Source: Piromyces finnis finn | Lineage: Eukaryota > Fungi > Neocallimastigomycota | DNA: 64,000 bases | Reading direction: 5' to 3' | NCBI GenBank assembly: GCA_002104945.1 | Contig: MCFH01000049.1 | Coordinates: 357,780-421,779, forward strand | Shown here: piece after piece, positions 14,201 to 25,830 of the stretch | Layout: the number at the start of each line of letters is the position of its first letter | Numbering within the stretch: position 1 is the first letter of the stretch | Program-made: the position numbers and the translations under genes | Notes under the pieces: model-generated | Told to the model about the DNA's origin: nothing | Seen by the model: only the letters and a program-made list of their open reading frames with translations | The model's database searches: none

Positions 14201-15728
14201 CATTAGGATCGCTGGATTTTGCTGAAAGTATTTGGAATTTATTATGACTGAGAATAGATTCCTTTTCCTCAATACATTTTAATCTATTCCATTTCAGAAT
14301 TTTCTTAGGAACATTAAAGTCATTAGAAAAATCTTCCATAGGAATAATTTTACCATTAATAAGAAGTGGCTTATGGTCTGATACAGGATAAAAATTATTT
14401 ATAAATGATCCTGAGTGAATAAGATCTTTCATCTTCGAATTGATAAGAGCATGGTCAATGTCGGAAGATTGATCACCTCGAGTCCAAGAGATAGTAGACC
14501 CTCTAAGCGGAAGAATTTCCCAATCTCCTAATCCATTAGTTGATAACCAGTTGGATAATTTTACTTTAGACATATTAAAATCACCAACAAGAATCGATGG
14601 ATGGGATGAATGAGTTTGTAACCACAAGCGAACTTCTAACTTTGCATGATCAACATAGATGTTGTGATGACTATGAGGCATATAAACATTACCAATCGAG
14701 CATTTGAATCTATTCCAGAGACTAAAAGTATAAATAGAAATAATATACTTTCCAGAGAAGTTTTCAAGTGAGGCTTGACATGAATTGTGAAAACCTAAAT
14801 ATAAACCTCTCATTCCCGGAACTGATTCGTCAGCTTTCTTGAAAAAGTGTCTATAGTTTCGCAAAGTAACACGACAAGGATAATCTGTATTCGATCCAGA
14901 ACCATTACCAGTTTCTTGGAAACATAAAAATAATGGTTTGAAAATAGCTGTGAAATAGCTAATACTATCTCTCTTTTCGTGATTCCACCCATTGGTGTTC
15001 CAACTAAGACAAAAAGAAAAGTTATCAGGCTTGTTGGATGAGGAAGAATCGTTGCTATTATTATTATTATTAAAGTCATCGTTATTAATGGATGATGCAT
15101 CAGAGGAATAAGTAGAACTATTACTAGATGGCTGTGAAACTGAAGAACTATCAACTATTGAACTGTTATCAGAGTTGATAGAGCTATTAGAATTAATTGT
15201 TGAATGTTGAGATTGAAATTGTGTTTGCTGTAGATCTGGAATATTTTCATGATTGGAAACTTGTTGAAGATCTTGTTGAAGATCTAGTTGAAGATCGGAT
15301 TGTTGATGAGATTGTTGAACTGATTGTTGAAATGATTGTTGAATAGAATGTTGATGTTTATTAGAAACTAAAATTTTACGTTTGAGAGTGGAAAAAGTGT
15401 ATTTGTGATTCCTTCTACTACGAGCTGAAAAGGAAATTGAGGTAACTGAAAGTTTCTTCTTTAACATGTGTAAGATTTTAATACAATCTTTCGATGAACC
15501 ATGAACCTTGACTAAGAAAAAGTGATCATTGAAAGTCTGAAAATATTTAACACTAATAACTGAATTAAATTTATCTTCTAGAATAACCTCGAGTTTTTCC
15601 CATAGCATATTTACTGACCATGATCGAATACCACGGATAAAGAAGGAGCGAATATCATCTAAGGGGATACCATAAGACCGGGTACCACGTCTGATATAAT
15701 TCTTATCTTTAATATAAAGGACTGACAT
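11205..15728 (-). CDS. LINE polyprotein: putative RRM-like N-terminus, apurinic-type endonuclease, reverse transcriptase, C-terminal CCHC-like motif
   Basis: APE motifs WNTNG, FQET, VGDFN, DIDH, SDHKP. RT motifs ASGPDGIP, KKGDLTDCDNYRGISL, LDLRKAYD, GVRQGCPLSP, FADD, YLG. C-terminal CPCCKCGVQSIKHWLLDC. Confidence 0.93.
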   Translation of the reverse strand: MSVLYIKDKNYIRRGTRSYGIPLDDIRSFFIRGIRSWSVNMLWEKLEVILEDKFNSVISVKYFQTFNDHFFLVKVHGSSKDCIKILHMLKKKLSVTSISFSARSRRNHKYTFSTLKRKILVSNKHQHSIQQSFQQSVQQSHQQSDLQLDLQQDLQQVSNHENIPDLQQTQFQSQHSTINSNSSINSDNSSIVDSSSVSQPSSNSSTYSSDASSINNDDFNNNNNSNDSSSSNKPDNFSFCLSWNTNGWNHEKRDSISYFTAIFKPLFLCFQETGNGSGSNTDYPCRVTLRNYRHFFKKADESVPGMRGLYLGFHNSCQASLENFSGKYIISIYTFSLWNRFKCSIGNVYMPHSHHNIYVDHAKLEVRLWLQTHSSHPSILVGDFNMSKVKLSNWLSTNGLGDWEILPLRGSTISWTRGDQSSDIDHALINSKMKDLIHSGSFINNFYPVSDHKPLLINGKIIPMEDFSNDFNVPKKILKWNRLKCIEEKESILSHNKFQILSAKSSDPNVSTDELSKEFTSTAFSIADELSITSANNVIKSSFHISQQIFNLQKIKMKLYKRFKKERIYDIDEFIKRIKIYRKLIDYIHKRCNEFRKQEYLHWIKTGCEYMKSHNPKKAWKWIKKTAKIGKDSFFIAQPIKNKNGELVVATEEQLDVWHDHFENLASDPNGVSLDLEHWYEEPTNKRFSLPMLDEWDINQDISIDEVKSAILTTPNYKASGPDGIPIEFYKALVPSSNDSNNATDNNSSGNTTSDNDAHGLNFILKLFNRIWDGDFPNSWNESSIVSIPKKGDLTDCDNYRGISLINNGIKLISKIVTTRISEYGLKNNFIRPEQFGFRKKEESISLFISIQEICRRRQLDNTETYLAFLDLRKAYDSVPIGNILHKLDCLGIRGKSLQFIKNLYLTSKANVKLDGQFSKSFDVKKGVRQGCPLSPILFNLFINDIFRECEDLGVSLGDTRCCGGLFADDIVICAPTRGCLKKMLRRVNEWALYNEMEFGIQKCSTMVIRPESIENQNKRDPTFYLAGQPIPTTDCYTYLGVPFDKNLSLKPVIKALNNKVLKGLFSVSKFLRNPNIPIPFKKLVLNSQVISRVSYFAPLLGSNKARSRIAQKHVNKGIRWVAGVHKAVSFISLYSISKDLNIPPLSAKCALAQVRCFNKWKNSNCIISHLVNYIPKFRKYTWCKSSRTLDKKLKKHGDVKAVKNFYWKDLKGNSIKAQYYDDNKFIETKDFIKLCYEYPEFAYGFYWLLKARSGYKLDARVAKAAKFVDPVCPNYCPCCKCGVQSIKHWLLDCPTFRDIRIKHYDSIVQLLNFFSQRNSNSPINNNENVNISRDSNNINSNSNNSSNNNSNSNNSNSNNSNNNNNRNNNISNDSNSEDNNSNLDSNLVNDSNSSNNPVNINVYDYSSVYSKIFKFLLGGRSFNNINYNSREWKELCKRQIQSDTNEGTPFLTVTAELLTKIMPFAIGQQWTMFKRFEATSKSVNAEETVRQARRASATNGDHNFVP

Positions 15729-16370
15729 GATAATAAATTCTAATTAAAAAATATTGAATATAAAATAAATACTAATAAAAATTACAAATATAACGTATAT
15801 GGAAAAAAATCTGTCTCTCTCTCTCTTCTTAAAAGTACTGGATAGAACAAAAATTGTTACGATGCTTTGTTTAAAGTTTCTTTTTTTGAATTCTAGTTGT
15901 AAATTTTCTTTAAAAATTCTAGTTTTGGTTTGTTGTTAGTAAATTCGATTCGCTTTTTGACACTAAAATTGTTTGACTTTACTTTTCATTAAATATTTAA
16001 ATTGGTAAAAAATTTGAATCAAGAATGTCGACACCAGAAAGCTTGTGAATAGTATTTTTACATGATGTAGAGTGAATCAGTCTCTTACAAGAAACAATAC
16101 AACAATAGCTACATGAATATAAAAATACAATGCAAATGCTAAAGTTGACTACATTGGATTCTTACAAGAGAAGAGTAGTACTACATGAATACATGAATAA
16201 AAGAAAAAATACAGCAACAAAATGTATTACTCTTCTAATTAAATACTATACAAACTTACCTGAATATCAAACATTCAACTTATTCATCAAATACTCAATT
16301 CGATGAATAAAATGTTTTTTAATCGCTCAGTACCATGAGCTTAGTCCTAATAATTTTCCCTTAAAGACTA

Positions 16371-16616
16371 ACCAAGCATCCATTGCGCAATGCTTGGATT
16401 TAATTCTTTCTACTCTCTCAGTACCATGAGCATGAGTAGACCCCCTTGATAAACTCCATTATTAAATAAATGAAGGCACGTTCCTAAGAGGGCACCAAGC
16501 ATCCATTGCGCAATACTTGGATTTAATTCTTTCTACTCTCTCAGTACCATGAGCATGAGTAGACCCCCTTGAGAAACTACATTTATTAAATAAATGAAGG
16601 CACGTTCCCAAGAGGG
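16371..16616 (-). repeat. Two tandem ~123-bp units at the extreme 5' end of the LINE, plus a partial third motif at 16325-16340
   Basis: Units 16371-16493 and 16494-16616 differ at only a handful of positions. The outer unit boundary coincides with the TSD. Confidence 0.9.
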
Positions 16617-17359
16617 AGGGAATGCAAGATACATTTATAAAAATTAGCATTTTATTAGGGGATTTGGACTGTATTTAAACCTAATGGCTTGTCTTGACTG
16701 TTTCTTTAACATTGATCTTTGACATAGGCTATTGACATAGGCCATTGTTATTGACAAAAAAAAAGTTTCATAGTGACCATCATAAAAATTGGAGATCCAA
16801 AAAAACGTCTGGTATAATCCAATACTTCTCAGGTTCTCTAAAGATGATATTTTTAAAGGACTTTTTAATATTTTTTCAAACGAATTAATATTCACCAAAT
16901 TGTTAGAATTTCCCTTTAAACCATTAAAATTACTCAAATTAAAAGAATTATAATAATCTGAATTATTGCCTTCACTATAACTTCTATTACAATTATGGCT
17001 AACAATACTACACTATTAAAATTATTCACAAGTACCTTTCTACAATAATGAATAAATATATTCTTATATAATTTTCACTATAACCCTAAATCACAATTTT
17101 CCAATATTCATGACTTTAAAAAATTTACCTCCAGATCCAATAACTTACTCAACAAACTTATAAAATATTAATAATATAATTTAATTCTTTAACATATTTC
17201 CACTTTTTATAACATGAATTATACTCCACTAAATTTATGTTTTAATACTTCTACACTTTCAATATTTTATCCTGTTAATACACAAATTTTACAACTTTAT
17301 AATTTAGTTTATGATGTTTATTCTTATATACTTTTATTTCTCTATTTTGGTTGAGCACT

Positions 17360-18054
17360 TTACTTCTTCTTTTCAGCTTCCTTTTCAGCAAGTTCCTTAG
17401 CACGCTTTTCACGAACACCAACTAACCAAGCGTCAGATTGGGCCTTACGAAGAGTAGCGAAGGCAGACTTCTTGTCTAAAGTGACAGACTTGCGGGCCTT
17501 TTCTCTTGGGAAAGCGTTAGCAATTGGGAGAAGAGCACCAGCTGGAAGTTGAACAGCTTCAGCCTTCTTTGGGAAGACAATAAGCTTAGACATGTATTCC
17601 TTTAATCTTTGAGCGTTTAATTGTAAAGATTCTTCGGATCTGTTCTTTCTGCGGTGATCAACAGCAATACCAATGAAACGAGCTTCGTTACGGTTAACAC
17701 CAGCTTCCTGTAAATTTTAATTTTAAATTATATTTATAAATATTATTCAGTATTGTTCACATATTTATATCTTAAGAAAATTATTTAAATGTAGATTTAT
17801 AATATGATATATACCTTTAATTCTTCTAAGGTGAAACCCTTACCAGCTCTGATCTTAGAGTTGTACTTAAGAGTTTGAGCTCTGACAGCTGGTCTAAGGA
17901 AACCATCGACTGGACGTGGAGCAATCTTGGCAGCCTTTTCAACACGGTTGAGTCTTCTTCTAACCTTACGGGCTGGTTGGTTGAACCAAGTCTTAACACG
18001 AAGTTGCCAGTCCTTGCGGAAGTGTTGATTTGGTAACTGGTTGTTGTGTCTCAT
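17360..18054 (-). CDS. RPL13: 60S ribosomal protein L13 (eL13)
   Basis: [27 protein letters not shown]...[10 protein letters not shown] spliced to EAGV...[16 protein letters not shown]...LIVFPKK...KKK. Intron approx. 17708-17814. An AG just upstream of the ATG hints at a further 5' exon. Confidence 0.97.
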
Positions 18055-19073
18055 TCTAAACGACGATTAAAATACTATTTTATAAAATAGAATATATAAT
18101 GATTACTACATCTTCTACTTATCATTAATTTTTAAAATCTAGAAAAAATAATCCTTTGTTATGTTTTATATTAAAATTCAACATTATTTGAATTAAATTA
18201 CACATCCATCGTTTATTTTTTTAATAACGGACTTCTAATTATTAAATTTCTAATTAAATTTAATAATTAATAATTACATAAATACATAACAAAGAACATT
18301 AAAAACAAAAAACATTCATCAATTCCAACTCATAAATTACTTACATAGAGACTATGGAAAGAGAGAATAAAACTGTTGTAAAGTTCATTACTTTTTAATG
18401 ATTTTTTTCAAAAATCACCATTGATTGTAGTTCTTTGATTTGATTGGATAATTTAAGCCACATATTATATATAATAATTACATTTTTATATAAAATAATA
18501 TAAATTTATAAATTTCTGTATACATAGATACAATACATAATGTAAAATATAAAAAATGGTTAAAAAGTAAATTATACACTAAAATTAAATATCAAAAAAG
18601 TTTAAATTATAATGGCACATTTTTAAAAAATTAAGATTTATTCAAAGAAATTGTTTATTTTTTTCTTCATAAAAAAATTACTACAAATTTAATAATTATA
18701 TTAATATTAATTTTAAGAAAAATGATATTTTTATACTTTAATTTATTTTTCTTTTTTAGTTGTTGAAATAAAAAAATTTTGCATATTGCCTATGTACAGC
18801 TAATTGCAAATTGCGCAAGATATTTAAAATAAAATTGTGGTGTAAAATAATACTTAAAATGAATATAAGTTTAAAAAAATAAAAAGTGATAAAAGAATTT
18901 TATTCTAATATTAAATAAATTTATTAAATAATTTAATATGTATTTTGTAAAACATTTTCATAGTATGTATTTTCTAATAAATTTTAATCATACATGAAAA
19001 ATCGATAAATAATTACTTTAATATATTAATCATAATAAACATTTGTTTTTAAATGTAGAATTCAACAATTAAT

Positions 19074-20677
19074 TTACATATCTTCATCAGAATCAGAATC
19101 ACCTTCTCTAAATCTTGGATTCTATAGCAAATAATAAAAAATTAAAAAAGAAAAAAAAATTAATACTAAAAATCATTATTATAAGATTTTTTTTATTTTA
19201 TTTTTGTATATTACGTTTCTTTTTCTTGACACATTTTCATCTTCACTATCGTCATCACGATCACGCTTACGACCTATTTAAAATTATTAAATAAGAATTT
19301 AATTAAATTTTATTAATTTGGGATGTTGGTTATCTAAATTTATTTATTATAGAATAAATATTAGATACAAACTTCTTTTACTATGGCTTCTTGAATCACC
19401 TTCACCTGATGGAACACTAGAATAGTCTCTATATGTTGATTGTTGATGTTCACGTCTTCTCTTTTCTTGTCTTAAGAATTCATGTCCATAACCACCACGT
19501 CCTGGGTCGTATTCTTGTCTATATTCATCACGAACCTATTATTTTTAATAAATATATATTAGAAAAACTCGATTTTTAAATATCTCCGACATTTTTACTA
19601 TTCATAATAATTATACCTGTCCACCACTTTTACCACGACCATATTGTCTACCATCACGATATCCTGGATCTAAATCTGTTCTAATAATTCTTTCATCTAA
19701 TTTTGTACCATTAATATATTTTAAACAATCAAGAGCATCTGAATGTTGATAATATCTGTACAAATTAACATTGTTAATATGAAGAATATAATATGTACAA
19801 TGAATAATATATATAATAATGAGGAAATATTCATATTATATAAAAAAATATAAAACAATAATGAAAATTATACAAATTATATTTTGTGTTTGTTAATATA
19901 TATTAGATATTATTGAATAAAAATTAATTTCATAAAAAATATAAAATTTATTAATTAAACAAATTTTTAATTCTTACTCAACGAAGCAAAAACCACAAGG
20001 AGTTTTTGTATTTCTATCTAAACCCATAATAATTCTCTTAATTTCACCACATTTTGAAAAAACTTCATAAATTTGTTCTTCAGTTGTGAAAAATGATAAA
20101 TTACCAACATATAATGTAGTTGAAGTCGCTAATTCTCTTACAAGATCTTCCACAGTACCCTTTTGTTTAAAATTTAATGTTAACAATTATTGTTAATAAT
20201 TAATTAAAATAAATTATATGTTATTATTATTTAATAAAGATTAAAAATATTGTTAATAACACTAAAGTAGTGCATTTATTTAATTGCTTGTGATTAGTGT
20301 CCATGTTAATTATAAATTAATTAAAACAATTTATTATAAAATATCAAATCATTTTATCAGTATTTCCAAATTATTAATTTATACAATCAATATTTTATAT
20401 TAGTTTTTTTTTTTTTTTTTAATTTTTAAATGTTTATAGAAATAAATAGAAAATAATAATATTTTTAATTATAAAAAAAAAATCTAATTTGAAATGTAGA
20501 TTAATAAGATGGATTAATTAACAATCAAATTTCGCACAATCATCTCTTTTAATTAATTTAATTTAATTATATATAAATATTGCAATGATTTTGAAAATAA
20601 TAGAAAATATAACATACAGGATATTGTTGATCTTTATATGAAGATTTCACAGCTAATGATTGTATTATTGATGCCAT
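19074..20677 (-). CDS. CBC2: Nuclear cap-binding protein subunit 2 (CBP20), 6 exons
   Basis: [20 protein letters not shown] spliced to [43 protein letters not shown], then [39 protein letters not shown] and a terminal [10 protein letters not shown]. Confidence 0.95.
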
Positions 20678-21137
20678 AATATTAGTGGAAAAAAAATAAT
20701 CTCTTACAAAAAATATCAAAAAATAAAAATTAAAAATAAAATTAAAAAATTAAAATTAAAAATATTTACTCTATATAAAAATATATTAAAAATTAATCTG
20801 AAAAAAAAAAATTTTTTTTTTTGAAAAAATATAAATGAAATTAAAATAGGGAGTAGATTAATAATAATAAAAGAAGAATCTTTGGGTTTTTTTTATAAAT
20901 ATATATATAATTTTTATTATTATTATTACTTAAATATAAACAAATTAATTAAATCTAATATTCTCTAAATATATATTTTATTATATAAAACAAAAAAATA
21001 TTATTTCTTTTTTGTCTTTAATAAGATTTCTCATGAAAAATACAACATTTATTTTTTTCGATTATATAAAATTGAAAATTAAATAAATAAATAGTAATAA
21101 AGTATAAAAAAAAGTATAATTATGATATTGAAATTAA

Positions 21138-22568
21138 CTATTTCTTTTGTTTTTTGTTTATTTGACTAGACTTAGAAGAGTTAGAACGTTTTTTTGTGTT
21201 TTTATTATTTTCATTTTCATTTTCTTCATTATTTGATTCATTTTCATTGCTTTCACTTTCTTCATCACTTGATTCACTTTCATTATTTTCTTCTTCTTCT
21301 TCTTCTTCTTCATTTTCATCATTCTCTTCATTATTATCATTATCATTTATTTCTTCTTCATTTACTTTATTTTCACTTTCTTCATTAGTATTATTTTCTA
21401 TTTCATTATCTTCTTCATTTTCTTCAGTATTAAAGAATTCATCATTCATAGTTACATCCTTAACTTCCTTTGATTTCTTATCATCTAAAACAATAATATA
21501 TGTATTAATATTTTTCAATTTAATAATTTGTTTTATTTGAATAAAAATTTTAAGAGATATTAATTTTTATTACTATTATAATTATGTTTATTATTATGTT
21601 TATTATTATTATTTACCTTTTTTAGATTTATTCGAAGTAGTACTTTGTTCTATTGAATTAACGCTTTTGATTAATGATTTTCTAGCGACATTTCTATTAC
21701 GTGGAATACTAACATCTAATAATTCTCCAGATTTAACAGCTTGTTCAATACTTGATCTAATACTATCACGCTTTTTAATAATACTTTCATTTTTAAGTTC
21801 AGATTTTGGAAATAAGGAAATGTATTTTTGGTCTTTTGGAAAATGCTTATAATTAATTAAAATTAAACAAAGGGGAAGAAAAAAAAAAGTAATTAGTAAT
21901 ATTTCATTATAACTCTTAAAATATAAATTTTTAAAAATATTCACTTCAATGTAGTTTAAGTCAAGGACATATTTTTCTAATTGTTTTTCAAGCTCTTGAC
22001 GTTTTTTTGGATCAGCATCAGAATTTAATTTAGATAATTGATTTTTGGTCTTAGTGAAATTTTTATTAGCTTTTTTAAATTCTAATATAACCAAATTAAA
22101 ACGATAAAATTTATATTAATAACTATATACATATACTAAATTCGAAATTCCTTTCTTCAATATAAAAATTGAATTGCAATATTTACCTAAAAATTTTACA
22201 AATTTATACTTTTCTGAATACTTTTCTTCAACATTAATTTTTGAAGTAACTTTAGATTTATTTTCAAATTCTATTTCATAAGCTTTTAATGAACGTTCAA
22301 GTTCTTGGCGAACATTAGCATCAATAGTATCCTTTTATTATTACATTAAATTATATTATTAATAATATTAATATTCATATGAATCAAAATAATTGTTTTT
22401 AATCGATATATAATTAATGTATATTTTTACCTTTCTGAGTAATCTTTTTGTATCCCGTATTTTTTTACGTAAAGAATCTCTACTTAATTCTTCTGGAACA
22501 TGCTTTTGCTTACGAGGTTTCTTAAAATTTTTATTGAAATTTCTCTTATTATTTGATTTGTTTTCCAT
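21138..22568 (-). CDS. EFG1: rRNA-processing protein Efg1-like, with acidic C-terminal tail
   Basis: LRKKIRDTKRLL, NVRQELERSL, KYKFVKFLEFKKA, LDLNYIE spliced to HFPKDQKYISLFP, matching the recalled Efg1/DUF2361 pattern. Several GT-AG introns. Confidence 0.8.
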
Positions 22569-23943
22569 TGTATTATGTATTTAAATGTAAAATAAAATAA
22601 TAAAATGAAAATAAATATATAAACTTTTTGTCTAAAATTCTTTATAAATAAATTAATATTTAAATAAATCTAGGTATCAATATTTAATTATCTATATTAT
22701 AACAAAGATTAAATAGTAAATTCTCAATTTTTAATCTTTAACTTTCAACAATAAAAATATCAAAAAAAAAAAAAAAAAAAAAAAAATCTATCCAATTGTA
22801 TTTTAAGATTAAGATTATATATTAATATTTTTACATAAAAATTATAAAATTCATGTGACAATATATATGGTTAAGTATATGAAGCATTTATTTATGTTCA
22901 ATAAAATTCAAAAAATTCTAACCTTTTAATTCATAAATTTATAATCTAACCTATTAATATTTAATAAAAAGGTTTATGTTTTTTTTGGTATAATTAGAAA
23001 TAATTATAAAATATAAAATATATATTTAATAATTGCTATTTTTATTATTTACTTTTTCTCATAAAATATACATAAAATAACTAACTATTTTTATAATTAC
23101 TTTAAAATTAAATATATAAATTGATTAATTTTTTCTATTTGTTATATTTGTTATTGTTGATAATGGAATAAAATAACAATTTTATCGAAATTTTTTTTTG
23201 ATTCTTAAAACTTTTTTTATTTTCTTTTTTTAAAGGAAAAAATATTTAAAATACTTATCTATAAGAAATAAATGTATTATATAAAAGAAAATAAAAATTT
23301 GAAAACATCTTTTATATTTTAAAATAATAACAATTAAATATTTAAAATACTTGTACATAAGAAACAAATATATTATATAAAAGAAGAGCAAAAAAATAAA
23401 AATTTTATTTTAAAGTTGTAACAATTAAATTAGTTATTTCTTTTTTAATAAAATAAAAAGTTTTTTAAAAGTATAATTAAAAGTTTAATGCATTATTACT
23501 ACATACACATATAAAAATATATAATTATAAAATTTATTATAACCTAACTAATAATACTTTAATTATTTACCTACTTCTTCCTATTAAAATAAAATAATTC
23601 TCCTGTTATTTATTTTAAAATTTGATTTTTATGAATTTTAAATTATTGGATAAAATTTTCATATTAATATATTTCATTTTAATTAACTTGATATTAAAAT
23701 AATATAATACAATATTTTATTTGAAATAATTTTATTATTATTATTATTATTATTATTTTTTTTTTTCATAATTACTTAGCTTTTAAGAAAAGAAAATATA
23801 ATTTATTATTATTATTTTTTTTTATGGTATTTGTATTGCATTTATACTTTAGTAATTCAATGATAGAAATTTAATAATAATAGTAAGATATAAAATTACG
23901 GAACGGTTAATATGTATACAAGTAAATAAATATTATAATAAAT

Positions 23944-25794
23944 ATGACAATTAACAATATAACAGTGACAACTTCATCCTTACTGTCAAATAGATCAAAT
24001 AATGAGAATGAAAGTAATAAAGGTATTTCGAATTTTCATTTTTAGATGTGAATTAGTAAAATCCTTATTATTATTATTATTATTTTTTTTTAATTATTTA
24101 ATACATCAATTAAAAATGAAAGGATAATATAGATGATATATTGATTAATAATTTTATTGATTATTATGATTTTAAGAAATTATATTTTATTTATTATTTT
24201 AAAATTATATTGCAAATAATATTCATTTTAATAAAAAAGATTCATGTGTTTATATATATATTTCCTCTTTCTTCTTTCTTTCTTCTTTCTTTTTTTATTA
24301 TTTATAAAACTAAAAAAAAAGAAAACTGTTAATATAATTTAAATGTTTTTATATAATTAATAGTATTTTTTTTATATTATACCTATATAATTAATTTATA
24401 TAATATTTTACAGTGGAAGGAATGAATATTGATTCACAGTCTTATTCATCAAACAATACTATATCTTCTTTAGATATATTATCTTCAGATATTGATTATA
24501 TAAATCACACAAATTTTACGAAGCATAAAGGAAAAAAGAGTTCAAATTTAAGAGAAACTAAAGTTTCTTCTTTTTTTGATGGAACAATAATTGATAATAA
24601 TAACGAAATTTCTGATAATGAAATTGAAAATCGTAGTGAATTAGAAAAAATGAATAATGATATAGATGAAGACTCTGATGATAATGATGATGATAATGAT
24701 GATAATGATGATAATGATGATAATGACGATAACGATGACAATGATGACAATGACGATGATAATGAGAGAAATAATGATGATGATAATGATGAAAATGAAG
24801 AAGAAGAAGAGGAAGAAGAAGATAGTAATGACGAAGAAAATAATGATGATGAGAGTGAAAACAGTGATAATGATAATGAAGATAATAATATATTAGAAGA
24901 TGAAAATACACAATTTTATGATGAAATGGGAAAGGAACCAGAAAGTAAATTAAAATTAAGAATAAAGCTAAAAAGAAATAATCATTTAAAAACAGAAGAA
25001 GAAGAGGGAGAAATTGTTTCTAAAGATAAAAATAGATTTGAAATTAGTACAGAAAATAATATTAAGAAAATTTCTAGGTTTGATATTTCTGGTAAAAACG
25101 AAAAACATATAATTAATAAAGAAATAAGTGATAATTTTTATCTAATTGAAAACAATAAAAAGACTTCTAAAACTGGGAGTACAAATAATATATTCGATAA
25201 AAACAACAATATAATTAATCAATCAAATAAAAATATTTTATACTCTGAACCAAAAAGTATAGTTGAATCTACCTCTGTTATAACAAAGGCACCTGTGAAA
25301 AAAAATACATCAATATCAAAAGGTAGAAAATCCAAAAAATCTATTCAAATCAATGTGAGAGGAAAAATAAAAATATTAAAAAAACCAAAAAAAATTGATT
25401 TAATGGAAATATTAAACAAAGTATTAAAAGTTATTAAATTGTTAGTATCAATATATAAATAATATTATTTGTTATTCCAGTGCTAATGTTAATTTATAAT
25501 TTATAATTAATAGGAAAGATGTTTATGGTATTTTCCATGAACCTGTTAATACAAGTATTGTAACAGATTATGCTCAAATTATTAAAAATCCCATGGATTT
25601 TGGAACAATGCAGAAAAAAATAGATACTAAACAATATAGTAGTATAAGCCAATTTCAGGTATTTATTCATTTTGATTATCAATAATTATTTTATAGTTAT
25701 ATTTAAATTATACATATAGTATTATTTTTTTTTTTAAAATGTGAAATTTATTTATTTTTATACACACATATATAATATGATGTTATTTTATATA

Positions 25795-25830
<36 letters not shown>

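Larger units (their letters stand above)
10929..16617 (-). mobile_element. Full-length non-LTR retrotransposon (LINE, APE-RT, RTE-like RT motifs)
   Basis: 13-bp target-site duplication GGGAATGCAAGAT at 10916-10928 and 16618-16630. About 35-nt poly(A) tail (T-run to 10963). One intact 1507-aa ORF. Confidence 0.93.

Noticed and set aside
16371-16616. Known ribozyme or TPP riboswitch in the LINE leader
   Set aside because: CUGAGA..GAAA lacks hammerhead G8/A9 spacing, stem II and an NUH site. There is no HDV L3 (UYCNCG) or J4/2. The twister-like words on the + strand lack P2 and P4. The TPP-like CUGAGA lacks the downstream P4/P5 conserved bases.
16644-16937. 97-aa ORF as a LINE ORF1 or helicase remnant
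   Set aside because: It lies outside the TSD and has no recognisable motif.
20262-20304. MDTNHKQ.. as CBP20 exon 1
   Set aside because: The exon at 20618-20677 gives the conserved S.Y.DQ.Y motif, a GTATG donor and the correct phase.
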